A DNA stretch of 64,000 bases from an uncultured Clostridia bacterium (GCA_947588325.1 CANPYH010000001.1:20952-84951); one strand, 5' to 3'. Shown: positions 1 to 8,959, counted from the first letter of the stretch. Program-made: numbers and translations. The notes: generated by a model not told the origin, from the sequence alone.

Positions 1-62
1 GTGATATTATTAAGCAGCATTGCGGACAGAGCCGCAAAATACAAACAAAGTGAGGAAAAAGT

Positions 63-2177
63 ATGGAAGGAAAGAACAGAAGCGGACTTATCGCGATTCT
101 CCTGTCTTGCGTGGCAGTAATTCTCGCGGTCGTTATGGCTATCCTTGTTGTCACTGGTGGCGTGAAAGGTGACGTCGGTCCCAAGGGCGACCCCGGTGTT
201 GCGGGACCTATCGGCGACACAGGCGATAAGGGTGACAAAGGTGACAAGGGAGATAAGGGCGACAAAGGTGACAAGGGCGACAAAGGCGACTCCGGAAAAG
301 ACGGAGAAATGTTGCTCACAGGCAGTGGAGTTCCCGATAACGCGGAAGGTAACGTAGGCGACCTTTACATCGACACCGACACCTCCGACTTATACGAGAA
401 AGGCGAAAGCGCTTGGGATAAAGTCGGCAACATCAAAGGCGCAAAGGGCGACCAGGGAGTTCAGGGTGACAAGGGCGACGAAGGACCTCAGGGCGACAAG
501 GGCGAGACAGGCGACAAAGGTGATAAGGGCGACGAAGGACCTCAGGGCAACGCAGGCAGAGACGGCACCAAGCTGTATTACGGCTATGAGGATCCGACGG
601 CTGAAGGATTTGCCGTTGACGGTACGGCTATAGAAGGTGACTTCTACATGCGCTTATACAGCGGTTTCGAGACGACGGGATACGCAATATATATCTACAT
701 AGGCGGCGAATGGACGCTCATGGTAGATCTGTCCGAGCCTGTTGCCGAGACTGCCGAGAACTACATTATAGCAAGCGGCGCCGAGTTTGCCGAATTCCTG
801 GCTAAAATTAACGGCGGCGACAACTTTGAGGGTAAGACGGTATGTCTCGGTGACGATATCGTCATAACGGAAGCTATTTCGAGCTGGCCCGCCGCTTCGG
901 CATTTACAGGTACCTTCGACGGTCAGGGCTTCGATATCGCCAACTACACAGAGGGCGAGGGAGAGGAAACATATCCCGAGATATTGATGACGGGTACCAA
1001 CCTTCTCCGTAACGCCAACGTCAGAATTGCGAACGCCGAGGACGGCGAAGGGTTCGTCTCCGTTTACGAATTCGGCGAAAAGGCAGGCGCGCTTGGTTCG
1101 GACGATAAGCAATACACCGCGATCGTCAACAAGGCGGGACTTGTCAAGCTCAGCGAAAAGGTAAGCGGCGGCAACAATTACAGAGGAAAGGCTTTTGTGG
1201 TTGAAAATGACATCGACCTTGAAAGCGAAAACTGGACGCCCATAGGCACGGGAACTGCGTTCTACGGTTCATTCGACGGCAGAGGACATACTATCAGCAA
1301 CCTTAAGATAGAGTCGAGCACATTATCCGACGTCGGCTTGTTCGGAGTGGTAAGTAACTACGGCGCGGCAGGGTTTATGTCCTTCTCTGGTGTAGGCAAC
1401 TTCATAATCGACGGTGCGGACATTAACGTTTCGGGACCGTGCTGGAGAATAGGCGTAGTTGCGGGACAGGGCGGCATGGACAACGACATGATGAGAGACA
1501 TAACCATCAAGAACGCGACCATAACCATTGGTGAGACGACAAGAAGCGGTTACGTCGGCGGTATAGCGGGTTATAACCCCGGCTCCTTCGACAATTGCTA
1601 CGTGGACGTCAAGATAGTTAACGACAGCGGTAGACCCGCTACTGCTATCGGCGGCATAGCAGGTCAGGCATGGGGCTCCATTCAGAATTGCTACGCTAAA
1701 GTGGATATCAGCGGTTCCAATAACTGCGGCGGGCTTGTCGCGCACTATGTCGCAAGCAGTAACGCACAGAACTCCTGGGGCCCCGATATGACGATCGCAA
1801 ATTGCTATGTGACGGGTAAGATTACCTCCGAAGAGTTCAAGGTTGAAGACGCTACCGTTAAGAAGTCGGGCGGACTGTTCGGTTCGGTTGGCGTAAGCGG
1901 CAACACAAGAAGCCTTAAGGGTATGTCGAACTGCTACTCCGAAGTCGAAGTCAATGCCGAATATGCTAACCCCTTCATCGGTTGCTCCGAGGTGGCTATG
2001 GGCGACGTGCCTAACGGAAAGACGGTAAGCTGGAAGGGCGAACCAGAGACCAACGAGATACACAACGTAAAGGGTGAGGCAAACGGCGACGCTCTTACCA
2101 AGAGCGCGGACTGCAAACTCACGGAAGGCATGACCTACGAAGCGTTTCTCGAAGCGATAAAAGCATTAGCGGAATAA
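63..2177 (+). CDS. membrane-anchored collagen-like / GLUG-repeat surface protein
   Basis: GAGGAAAAAGT RBS before the ATG. N-terminal hydrophobic anchor (LIAILLSCVAVILAVVMAILVV). Two Gly-X-Y tracts (aa ~36-81 including (GDK)7, and aa ~126-167), each followed by a DLY...W type motif. The C-terminal half has repeated NCY...GG[IL][AVF]G units (GLUG-like). Confidence 0.8.
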   Translation: MEGKNRSGLIAILLSCVAVILAVVMAILVVTGGVKGDVGPKGDPGVAGPIGDTGDKGDKGDKGDKGDKGDKGDKGDSGKDGEMLLTGSGVPDNAEGNVGDLYIDTDTSDLYEKGESAWDKVGNIKGAKGDQGVQGDKGDEGPQGDKGETGDKGDKGDEGPQGNAGRDGTKLYYGYEDPTAEGFAVDGTAIEGDFYMRLYSGFETTGYAIYIYIGGEWTLMVDLSEPVAETAENYIIASGAEFAEFLAKINGGDNFEGKTVCLGDDIVITEAISSWPAASAFTGTFDGQGFDIANYTEGEGEETYPEILMTGTNLLRNANVRIANAEDGEGFVSVYEFGEKAGALGSDDKQYTAIVNKAGLVKLSEKVSGGNNYRGKAFVVENDIDLESENWTPIGTGTAFYGSFDGRGHTISNLKIESSTLSDVGLFGVVSNYGAAGFMSFSGVGNFIIDGADINVSGPCWRIGVVAGQGGMDNDMMRDITIKNATITIGETTRSGYVGGIAGYNPGSFDNCYVDVKIVNDSGRPATAIGGIAGQAWGSIQNCYAKVDISGSNNCGGLVAHYVASSNAQNSWGPDMTIANCYVTGKITSEEFKVEDATVKKSGGLFGSVGVSGNTRSLKGMSNCYSEVEVNAEYANPFIGCSEVAMGDVPNGKTVSWKGEPETNEIHNVKGEANGDALTKSADCKLTEGMTYEAFLEAIKALAE
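222..284 (+). repeat. in-frame 9-bp tandem repeat encoding (Gly-Asp-Lys)x7
   Basis: ggtgacaaa/ggcgataag-type 9-mers repeated seven times inside the first collagen tract. Confidence 0.85.
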
Positions 2178-2233
2178 TTTATCATCGCTCTCCTTTAGGA
2201 AGTGGGTGAAACTCCCACTCTCCACATGAAGTT

Positions 2234-2268
2234 GAAACCACGTCTGTATCGGCGTGGTTTCGGCTTTA
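2234..2268 (+). terminator. hairpin terminator after the collagen-like gene
   Basis: GAAACCACG-N10-CGTGGTTTC followed by a T-containing tail. Confidence 0.5.
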
Positions 2269-2299
2269 TAAAAGAGCCGCTCAGGGAACGGCTCTTGTT
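2266..2299 (-). terminator. hairpin terminator after the AraC gene
   Basis: On the - strand, AAGAGCCG-N9-CGGCTCTT followed by TTTAT. Confidence 0.55.
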
Positions 2300-2312
2300 G
2301 CAAGATTTGCGG

Positions 2313-3113
2313 TTATTCGGGTAAGACTTTGCTCTTTCGCGAGAGCATTTCGCTGGGCGGGAAGCCCATAATTTTCATATAGGTGCGATAGAATGTCGAG
2401 TAATCGCCGAAGCCGAACTCCTCGGCGACTTTGGTAGGCTTTTCGCCCTGCATTATCATTTTATGCGCCGCCATTATTTTCTTCGTTCGGACGTATTGTA
2501 TAATCGAGACCTTCATGTGCTCGCTGAACTTATTACTGATATATGACTGCGAGTAGAAGAAATGCTCGCATATCTTTGCCAGGGTGAGCGGGGTGCGGAT
2601 ATTCTCGTTGATATAGTTGATTATCTTGGTAATTGAGGCGTCGCGCGTGGTCTGTTTAGCCGCCGCTGGCTCTATGCACAGCAGGGTAATGAGTTCGAGA
2701 AGTCGTACGGTGAACATCAGTTCGCGGTCGTTGCCGTCAAACCGAGCGTCTATCTCGTCCAAGCCGAGGAACAGCGAGCGCATTTCGTCCGTCGCGCGGA
2801 AGAAGGTGGGACGGCTGCCTATTCTCTCGAACATGTGCGAGGGGAGAAGGGACTCGTTGAATTTCATGACGTATCTCTCATACTCGACATCGGGGTAGAA
2901 GGTCATATAGTGGTGCTCGCCCGGCTGTATAAACACTATATCCCCCGAGTGCATTTTACACCGTATGTCCTCGACGGTGAAGTCGGCGTGACCCTGCACG
3001 AAATACAAGATCTCGAAAAAGTCGTGATAGTGCTTGCTGTAATCGGGTGAGGTTGACGCGCATGTATCGAGTTTATGCGCAAAATCCAAACCGTTTGAAA
3101 CGAAACTAAACAT
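2313..3113 (-). CDS. AraC family transcriptional regulator (cupin sensor + HTH)
   Basis: Cupin-like N-terminus (FEILYFVQGHADFTVED...GDIVFIQPGEHH) and a C-terminal AraC HTH (IINYINENI...AEEFGFGDYSTFYRTY). I place the start at the internal ATG 3113 (MFSFVSN), which follows GGAGGAAATA, not at the ORF-track start 3203. Confidence 0.85.
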   Translation of the reverse strand: MFSFVSNGLDFAHKLDTCASTSPDYSKHYHDFFEILYFVQGHADFTVEDIRCKMHSGDIVFIQPGEHHYMTFYPDVEYERYVMKFNESLLPSHMFERIGSRPTFFRATDEMRSLFLGLDEIDARFDGNDRELMFTVRLLELITLLCIEPAAAKQTTRDASITKIINYINENIRTPLTLAKICEHFFYSQSYISNKFSEHMKVSIIQYVRTKKIMAAHKMIMQGEKPTKVAEEFGFGDYSTFYRTYMKIMGFPPSEMLSRKSKVLPE

Positions 3114-3886
3114 TATTTCCTCCTTTTTTCCTTTCTGTGAAACAGACAATTTTCTCTGCGATCGAGACGGAAGCCGTCGCCGAGAGCGTCGATAGCCGAG
3201 CATTCCAGCGCCCTCGACTTATCCCCGCCGAATGCGTGCAGGGAAAAGAATAATCCGCTGCGCTTCTTAACGCAGACCGATACCGTAGCATAGCGGTACT
3301 CCCGCGCCTTATCCGCAATCAGACTCAAAATATCGTCCGTGTCGACAGTTATCGCCATCTGCGGCTTTGCGAGGTTAACCGTCAGTCCGCCCTCTGTCGT
3401 CAGCGTGCATTCGGACTCCCGCCGCTTTCCGCTGTTGGAATCGGACAGTTCGCCCTTCTTATCGACGTAGTATGTGCAGGTTATCCCGTCAAGGCTTTTG
3501 ACGTGATACTTGCCGTCCAGCCGCGCGGCGGTGCGGGCTTTAACATCCACGTCGAAGTCGTATGCCGTGATATAGTCGAATATGTACTCGAGCAGGCGGA
3601 AGCGGAACTTATGCCCTACATTGCTCGCGGTAATGAAGGGCTCGCCGCCCGATATAAGCGTCAGCACGTCCGCGCTCTCCGCGCCCTTCCGCTTATCGAG
3701 CGAGGCGACGGAGATATCCGAAACGGAGCAGGAATAATCTTTTCCTTTCGTCGTCAGCAAGATACGTCCGTCCGCAACGCCGAAATATTCGGCGTCCTCG
3801 AAAGTCACCGCTTCGCCGACGGGAGACAGGTTTTTTCCATCGATTCGGCACTCTATCCGACAATTATTTATCACAAATTTGTGCAT
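3113..3886 (-). CDS. hypothetical protein, translationally coupled to the AraC regulator
   Basis: 257-aa ORF with no motif I recognise. Its stop TAA overlaps the AraC ATG (TAATG). Start is ATG 3886 or GTG 3889. Confidence 0.55.
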   Translation of the reverse strand: MHKFVINNCRIECRIDGKNLSPVGEAVTFEDAEYFGVADGRILLTTKGKDYSCSVSDISVASLDKRKGAESADVLTLISGGEPFITASNVGHKFRFRLLEYIFDYITAYDFDVDVKARTAARLDGKYHVKSLDGITCTYYVDKKGELSDSNSGKRRESECTLTTEGGLTVNLAKPQMAITVDTDDILSLIADKAREYRYATVSVCVKKRSGLFFSLHAFGGDKSRALECSAIDALGDGFRLDRRENCLFHRKEKRRK

Positions 3887-3893
3887 CACCTAT

Positions 3894-3922
3894 ATAATAA
3901 CATCTTTGCGGTGAAAATGCAA
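3894..3922 (-). promoter_or_regulatory. candidate promoter of the hyp/AraC operon (near-leaderless)
   Basis: On the - strand, TTGCAT (3922-3917), 17 nt, TATTAT (3899-3894), then 7 nt to ATG 3886. Confidence 0.45.
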
Positions 3923-3973
3923 TATTTTTCGCAAAAAAATGCAATTGCCATTATTAAGCGTGTGTGATAAACT
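3914..3973 (+). promoter_or_regulatory. direct-repeat operator (AAATGCAAT x2, 22-bp phase) plus promoter of the LRR/transporter/uxu operon
   Basis: AAAATGCAATA at 3914-3924 and AAAATGCAATTGC at 3936-3948. TTGCCA 3945-3950, 17 nt, TG-n-TAAACT 3968-3973. The same architecture occurs upstream of the GH2 gene. Confidence 0.55.
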
Positions 3974-4027
3974 TATAGCGTAAGGAAAAGCGTTGTCATA
4001 AGGCGGCGCGGGTTCGGAGGAGTATCG

Positions 4028-5080
4028 ATGAAAAAAGTTTCGGCGCTGTTGTCATTGCTGTTAGTGTGCGCGATATGCGTCGGATTTTCCGCATTCTTAT
4101 TCGGTTGCGGAGAGGACGTCGAGGGCGGTATTATATACGAAGTCATCAGCGGCAGTAACGAGTGTCGGGTTTCGGGACTTCAGGATAAGTCGCTGACAGA
4201 ACTTACTATCCCGTCCACCCACGGAGGGCGCGCGGTGACGGAGATTGCGGGGAACGCATTCAGGAATTGCAAGAAACTCGCTTCGGTCAAGGTACCCGAC
4301 AGCGTTAAGCACATCGGCAAAGACGCATTCTCGGGCACGGCGATTGTTCCCGAAGTCAGCGACAACGGATACAGCACGATTGACGGCTGGGTGGTTAGCA
4401 TTACCGACGCGGTCAAGACCGCCGAGGTTGTCAAGTTATCCAAGGATATCCGCGGCGTGGCATACAACGTCTATGACGGCATTGCGGCAAAGAGCGTCGA
4501 ATTTGACGGGGATATTTCCGACTGGTGCAACATCAAGTTCAGTACGGGCTTATCCAATCCGCTCGCTATCTCCAAAACTCTTGTGATTGACGGCTCTGCA
4601 GTGACAGATCTCGTCATTCCCGAAACGGTGAAAGAAGTGCCCTTCGCGGCGTTTTACGGCAGTAACATTTCGAGCATTGACTTCGGCAGCGTTACCGAAA
4701 TAGGTGACGGGGCGTTCTCGGATTGTAAGAGCCTTACCAAAGTCGTTATTCCGCAGTCGGTAGTGACCGTTGGCTCGACGGCGTTTCAGGGCTGCGAAAA
4801 ACTCGCCGACGTAACTATCGGCGAGGGAGTGAAAGAGATAGGAAACGGCGCGTTTATGAAGTGCGCCGAACTTAAAGAAATAGTCCTGCCCGCGGCTGTG
4901 GAAGTCATGGGTGCGTATGTGTTTGACGGTTGCGATAAGCTCGGGAGTGTTACCGTAAAGGGCAAGGCGAAGCGCGGAGCCAAATGGGCGGAGACCTGGG
5001 CGAGCGACAGCGCTACCAATGACAGCCGTTCGGGAATCGTACATTGGGACGAAGCGGCAAAGGTGGAGGATAAAGCATAA
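4028..5080 (+). CDS. BspA-type leucine-rich-repeat lipoprotein
   Basis: GGAGG RBS. Signal peptide with lipobox (SAFLFGC). Repeated units of the type I-P-x-V-x-x-I-G-x-x-A-F-x-x-C-x-x-L. Confidence 0.8.
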   Translation: MKKVSALLSLLLVCAICVGFSAFLFGCGEDVEGGIIYEVISGSNECRVSGLQDKSLTELTIPSTHGGRAVTEIAGNAFRNCKKLASVKVPDSVKHIGKDAFSGTAIVPEVSDNGYSTIDGWVVSITDAVKTAEVVKLSKDIRGVAYNVYDGIAAKSVEFDGDISDWCNIKFSTGLSNPLAISKTLVIDGSAVTDLVIPETVKEVPFAAFYGSNISSIDFGSVTEIGDGAFSDCKSLTKVVIPQSVVTVGSTAFQGCEKLADVTIGEGVKEIGNGAFMKCAELKEIVLPAAVEVMGAYVFDGCDKLGSVTVKGKAKRGAKWAETWASDSATNDSRSGIVHWDEAAKVEDKA

Positions 5081-6993
5081 TGGCAGCAGAAGCAGTTGTT
5101 TCACAGGAAAGCGCAACGCCGCTTAATACCGGCAAAAGATATCAGATAATCCTGTTCCCATTCAATAATGCGGCGACTAACTGCTATCTTACGCTTATGA
5201 CCTTCATAACGTATTACGGCGGTATGTATCTCAGCGGAAGTTTTGTCGGCGGCATAGTCTCCGCAGCGGCAATGGCGGCGCTCACGATTGTGTTGTCCTC
5301 CATCGTCACGAGTATGCGTATTTTCGACGGCATAACCGACCCGATTATCGGCGCGATTATGGATAAGACGCACGGCAAACTCGGCAAGTTCCGACCGTTC
5401 ATAATTATCGGCAACATTATGCTTGCGGCGTCGGTGCTGCTTATGTTCTTCGCTATAAGACCGATCCCCGTCGATTGGCTGCGCTGGATGCTATTCATTA
5501 TCTGTTACATAATATACGTTCTCGGGTACACCTGCCAATGCGCCTGCACGAAGGCGGGGCAGACCTGCATAACCAACGAGCCGCACCAGCGTTCGCAGTT
5601 CGTCATCTGGAACATGGTGGGCATGATCTGCTCGATTGTGCTTATTAATATGATCGGCGGCGGGTTGCTTCCCATGTTTATCGGCAATACCGTTGTCATG
5701 GACGCGGAGACAATGGATATCGTCATTCGCGGCGCGCAATATAATGCGGCGTTCTATGATATCCTCGTTCCCGTAACAGTCCTTCTATCCGCGCTATACA
5801 CCCTTCTTGCGTGCATCGCGATATGGAAAAAAGACCGTCCCGAGTTCTGGGGCATTGACGCGAGCGGAGAATCGGCGAAGTTCAGAGACTACCTCAAACT
5901 GCTCAAAGACAACAGTCAGATCCGCTGGCTCGTCCTTTCCGCAGGCTGCAACAAGCTCGCTTCGACGATTGCGACTTCGGGTTCTGTCGCCGCGCTGTTA
6001 TACGGCATAATGATGACTTGGCAGGGTAAGGGCAGTTATAACGGTCTGTTCATACCCATATACGCGCTTTCCTTCGTCTTTATGGGAGTATTCTTCATAC
6101 TCGGCTCGCGAACGGCGGGAGCGAAGGGGCAGAAGCGCGCCGTCGTGCAATACACAGCCATAGCGATTATATTCTATATCGGCTTGCTGATAATGCTATG
6201 TATATGGACCCCCGAAAACGACGCCACGCACCTTGCGCTAATGCACTGGAACGATGACGGCGGAATGTATATTGCAACAAATTTTTTCACAATTGCGTGG
6301 ATAATACTTTACGGATGCGGTTACGGAGCGTATAATTGTTGTAGTGAGATGTGCATACCAATGGTTGCGGACTGCACGGATTACGAGACTTTCCGTACGG
6401 GCAACTACGTCCCCGGCATTATGGGCACGATATTCTCGCTTATCGACAAACTCGTTTCTTCCTTCGCAACGTTGCTCACAACGGTGTTCACAGTCGGGCT
6501 GATACCCGCTCTGAACGGTGCGTTGCCGAGTACGGGGCTGGATCTGACGGGCTTCGACTATACGGGCGTGAGACTGTCGGGTATGATATGCTTCTGCATA
6601 CTGCCCATGATTTCCTGGATAATAACCCTCATCTGCATGTTCTTCTATAAGCTGTCGGGCGCGAAACTTAAAGAGGTGCAGGCGGTAAACGCCGTGAGAA
6701 AGGCGGCGATGGCGGGCGGTATGACAAAAGAGGAGGCTATGGCGACCTGGACGAGCATAGACCAGGTGCCCGAGGAGTTTGTTGCCAAAGACAAAGTAGT
6801 CATAGACAAAAAAACGGGCAAGCCAAAACCCGTAAAAGAGAGCATAATAGACAAAATATACAAGAAGATTTGGGGCAGGAAGGAAGCGGCTCAGGCGGCT
6901 CCGTCGTCGAACGCTATACCTATCCCCGAACAATATGTCGTCAAGCATGACGAAGAGCCCGCCGAACAAGCGGCAGGCGCGTCCGAGGCTTAA
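5080..6993 (+). CDS. glycoside-pentoside-hexuronide (GPH):cation symporter family transporter with a ~100-aa hydrophilic C-terminal tail
   Basis: GPH signature RIFDGITDPIIGAIMDKTHGKLGKFRPF and multiple TM segments. Its ATG overlaps the upstream stop (TAATG). Confidence 0.8.
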   Translation: MAAEAVVSQESATPLNTGKRYQIILFPFNNAATNCYLTLMTFITYYGGMYLSGSFVGGIVSAAAMAALTIVLSSIVTSMRIFDGITDPIIGAIMDKTHGKLGKFRPFIIIGNIMLAASVLLMFFAIRPIPVDWLRWMLFIICYIIYVLGYTCQCACTKAGQTCITNEPHQRSQFVIWNMVGMICSIVLINMIGGGLLPMFIGNTVVMDAETMDIVIRGAQYNAAFYDILVPVTVLLSALYTLLACIAIWKKDRPEFWGIDASGESAKFRDYLKLLKDNSQIRWLVLSAGCNKLASTIATSGSVAALLYGIMMTWQGKGSYNGLFIPIYALSFVFMGVFFILGSRTAGAKGQKRAVVQYTAIAIIFYIGLLIMLCIWTPENDATHLALMHWNDDGGMYIATNFFTIAWIILYGCGYGAYNCCSEMCIPMVADCTDYETFRTGNYVPGIMGTIFSLIDKLVSSFATLLTTVFTVGLIPALNGALPSTGLDLTGFDYTGVRLSGMICFCILPMISWIITLICMFFYKLSGAKLKEVQAVNAVRKAAMAGGMTKEEAMATWTSIDQVPEEFVAKDKVVIDKKTGKPKPVKESIIDKIYKKIWGRKEAAQAAPSSNAIPIPEQYVVKHDEEPAEQAAGASEA

Positions 6994-7030
6994 GACGGAA
7001 CGGACACAATAACAACAGGCAGGTAGCTAC

Positions 7031-8086
7031 ATGAAGATGACTTTCCGTTGGTACGGCGAGACCGATACCATTCCCTTAAAATATATCAGGCAGATCCCCA
7101 ACATGAGCGGCGTAGTCACCGCCGTGTACGACGTGCCCGTGGGCGAGGTGTGGAGCGACGCTTCCGTGTCTCGGCTCAAACGGCTGTGCGACGAGGCGGG
7201 ATTGGGTATGGAAGTAATCGAGTCTATTCCCGTACACGAGGATATCAAGCTCGGTCGCGGGAGCAGGGACGTTTACATAGAGAACTATTGTAAGAATATC
7301 CGCACTGTAGCGAAATACGGCGTTAAGTGCGTGTGCTACAACTTTATGCCCGTGTTCGACTGGCTCCGTACCGACATGCACCACGTCAATTTCGACGGCT
7401 CCGACTCGCTGTCATACAGCCGTGAGGACTTCGACAAGATAGATCCGCAGAACCTGCATTTGCCGGGGTGGGACGAGAGTTACGCACCCGACGAGCTTCG
7501 GAGTTTGCTTTCGGCGTATTCCGACGTCTCGCACGATATGCTTTTCGATAATCTCGTATACTTCCTCAAAGCGGTTACACCCGTATGCGACGAGGTTGGG
7601 GTTAAGATGGCAATACATGCCGACGACCCGCCCTGGGACGTATTCGGTCTGCCGCGTATCGTCTCCTCTGAGGCGGATCTCGACAGAATGTTTGCCGCGG
7701 TGCCGAGTACCAATAACGGCGTAACCCTTTGCACGGGTTCGTTCGGAGCGGGAAGAACTAACGACGTGGTCAGAATGGCGGCAAAGTATGCGGCGCAGGG
7801 GAGAGTTCACTTCGCGCATCTCCGCAATATCAAGTACACGGACGACAAAGACAGTTTTTGCGAAGTCGGGCATTGCTCGGCATACGGAAGTCTCGATATG
7901 GCGGCGATAGTACGCGCGCTCGTGGAGAACGGCTTTGACGGCTATGTCCGTCCCGACCACGGTCGCAATATCTGGGACGAGAACGGAAAGCCCGGGTATG
8001 GGCTATACGACAGGGCGCTCGGCGCTGCGTACATCAACGGACTGTTCGAGTACGCGGAAAAGTGCGCGAAAGCCGATAAACACTGA
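7031..8086 (+). CDS. uxuA: mannonate dehydratase
   Basis: N-terminus MKMTFRWYGE.D...L..I.Q, length ~350 aa, hexuronate context. Confidence 0.9.
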   Translation: MKMTFRWYGETDTIPLKYIRQIPNMSGVVTAVYDVPVGEVWSDASVSRLKRLCDEAGLGMEVIESIPVHEDIKLGRGSRDVYIENYCKNIRTVAKYGVKCVCYNFMPVFDWLRTDMHHVNFDGSDSLSYSREDFDKIDPQNLHLPGWDESYAPDELRSLLSAYSDVSHDMLFDNLVYFLKAVTPVCDEVGVKMAIHADDPPWDVFGLPRIVSSEADLDRMFAAVPSTNNGVTLCTGSFGAGRTNDVVRMAAKYAAQGRVHFAHLRNIKYTDDKDSFCEVGHCSAYGSLDMAAIVRALVENGFDGYVRPDHGRNIWDENGKPGYGLYDRALGAAYINGLFEYAEKCAKADKH

Positions 8087-8101
8087 TAACGGGAGAATAA
8101 C

Positions 8102-8941
8102 ATGGTTCCTTTCAAAGTAGATCTTTCAAATGAAGTAATTGCAATAACGGGCGCGGGCGGCGTGCTTATGAGCGCGTTTGCCAAAGCCCTTGCCGAGTGC
8201 GGCGCGAAAATAGGCGTTATCGACCTGAACGCCGACGCTTGCGAAGCCGTCGCAAAAGAGATTGTTGCGGCGGGCGGAGAGGCGGTTGCCGCACCCGCTA
8301 ACTGTCTGGATAAGGCGCAAATCGCCGGTGCAAAGAGGGTAATCGAGGCGAAGTTCGGTAAGGTTACGCAGATAATCAACGGCGCTGGCGGGAACAGCCC
8401 CAAGTGCACCACGGATAACGAGACGGCTACCGAAGCTACCGCCGAGGCAAAGTCCTTCTTTGACCTTGACGAGATGGGGTTCAAGTTCGTGTTCGACCTC
8501 AATATTTTGTCCGCAGTGCTCACAACGCAGGTATTTGCGAAGGACATGGCAGAGGCGGGACGAGGGAATATTATCAATATCTCGTCCATGAACGCCTTCC
8601 GTCCCTTGACTAAAATCCCCGCATACTCCGCGGCAAAAGCGGGCGTTTCCAACTTCACTCAGTGGCTCGCCGTGCATTTTGCCAAGAGCGGAATACGCGC
8701 GAACGCCATTGCGCCCGGATTTTTCTCCACCAAGCAGAACGCAAAATTGCTCTTTAACGAGGACGGTACGCCGAGCGCGCGCACCGCAAAGATACTCGCG
8801 CACACGCCGATGGGCAGGTTCGGCGAAACATCCGACCTGATAGGCACTCTTCTCTGGCTTGCCGACTCGAAGTCGAGCGGGTTTGTGACGGGTATAGTAG
8901 TTCCCGTTGACGGCGGTTTCTCCGCTTATTCGGGCGTATAA
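8102..8941 (+). CDS. SDR-family oxidoreductase, probable fructuronate/D-mannonate reductase
   Basis: TGAGGVLM Rossmann motif and YSAAK catalytic motif. Lies between uxuA and uxaC. Confidence 0.65.
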   Translation: MVPFKVDLSNEVIAITGAGGVLMSAFAKALAECGAKIGVIDLNADACEAVAKEIVAAGGEAVAAPANCLDKAQIAGAKRVIEAKFGKVTQIINGAGGNSPKCTTDNETATEATAEAKSFFDLDEMGFKFVFDLNILSAVLTTQVFAKDMAEAGRGNIINISSMNAFRPLTKIPAYSAAKAGVSNFTQWLAVHFAKSGIRANAIAPGFFSTKQNAKLLFNEDGTPSARTAKILAHTPMGRFGETSDLIGTLLWLADSKSSGFVTGIVVPVDGGFSAYSGV

Positions 8942-8959
8942 AGAGGAAGAAGAGGTAAT

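Noticed and set aside
222-284. Short tandem repeats that could be mistaken for a CRISPR or VNTR locus
   Set aside because: The period is 9 bp with no spacers, it is in frame, and it encodes Gly-Asp-Lys collagen triplets inside a CDS.
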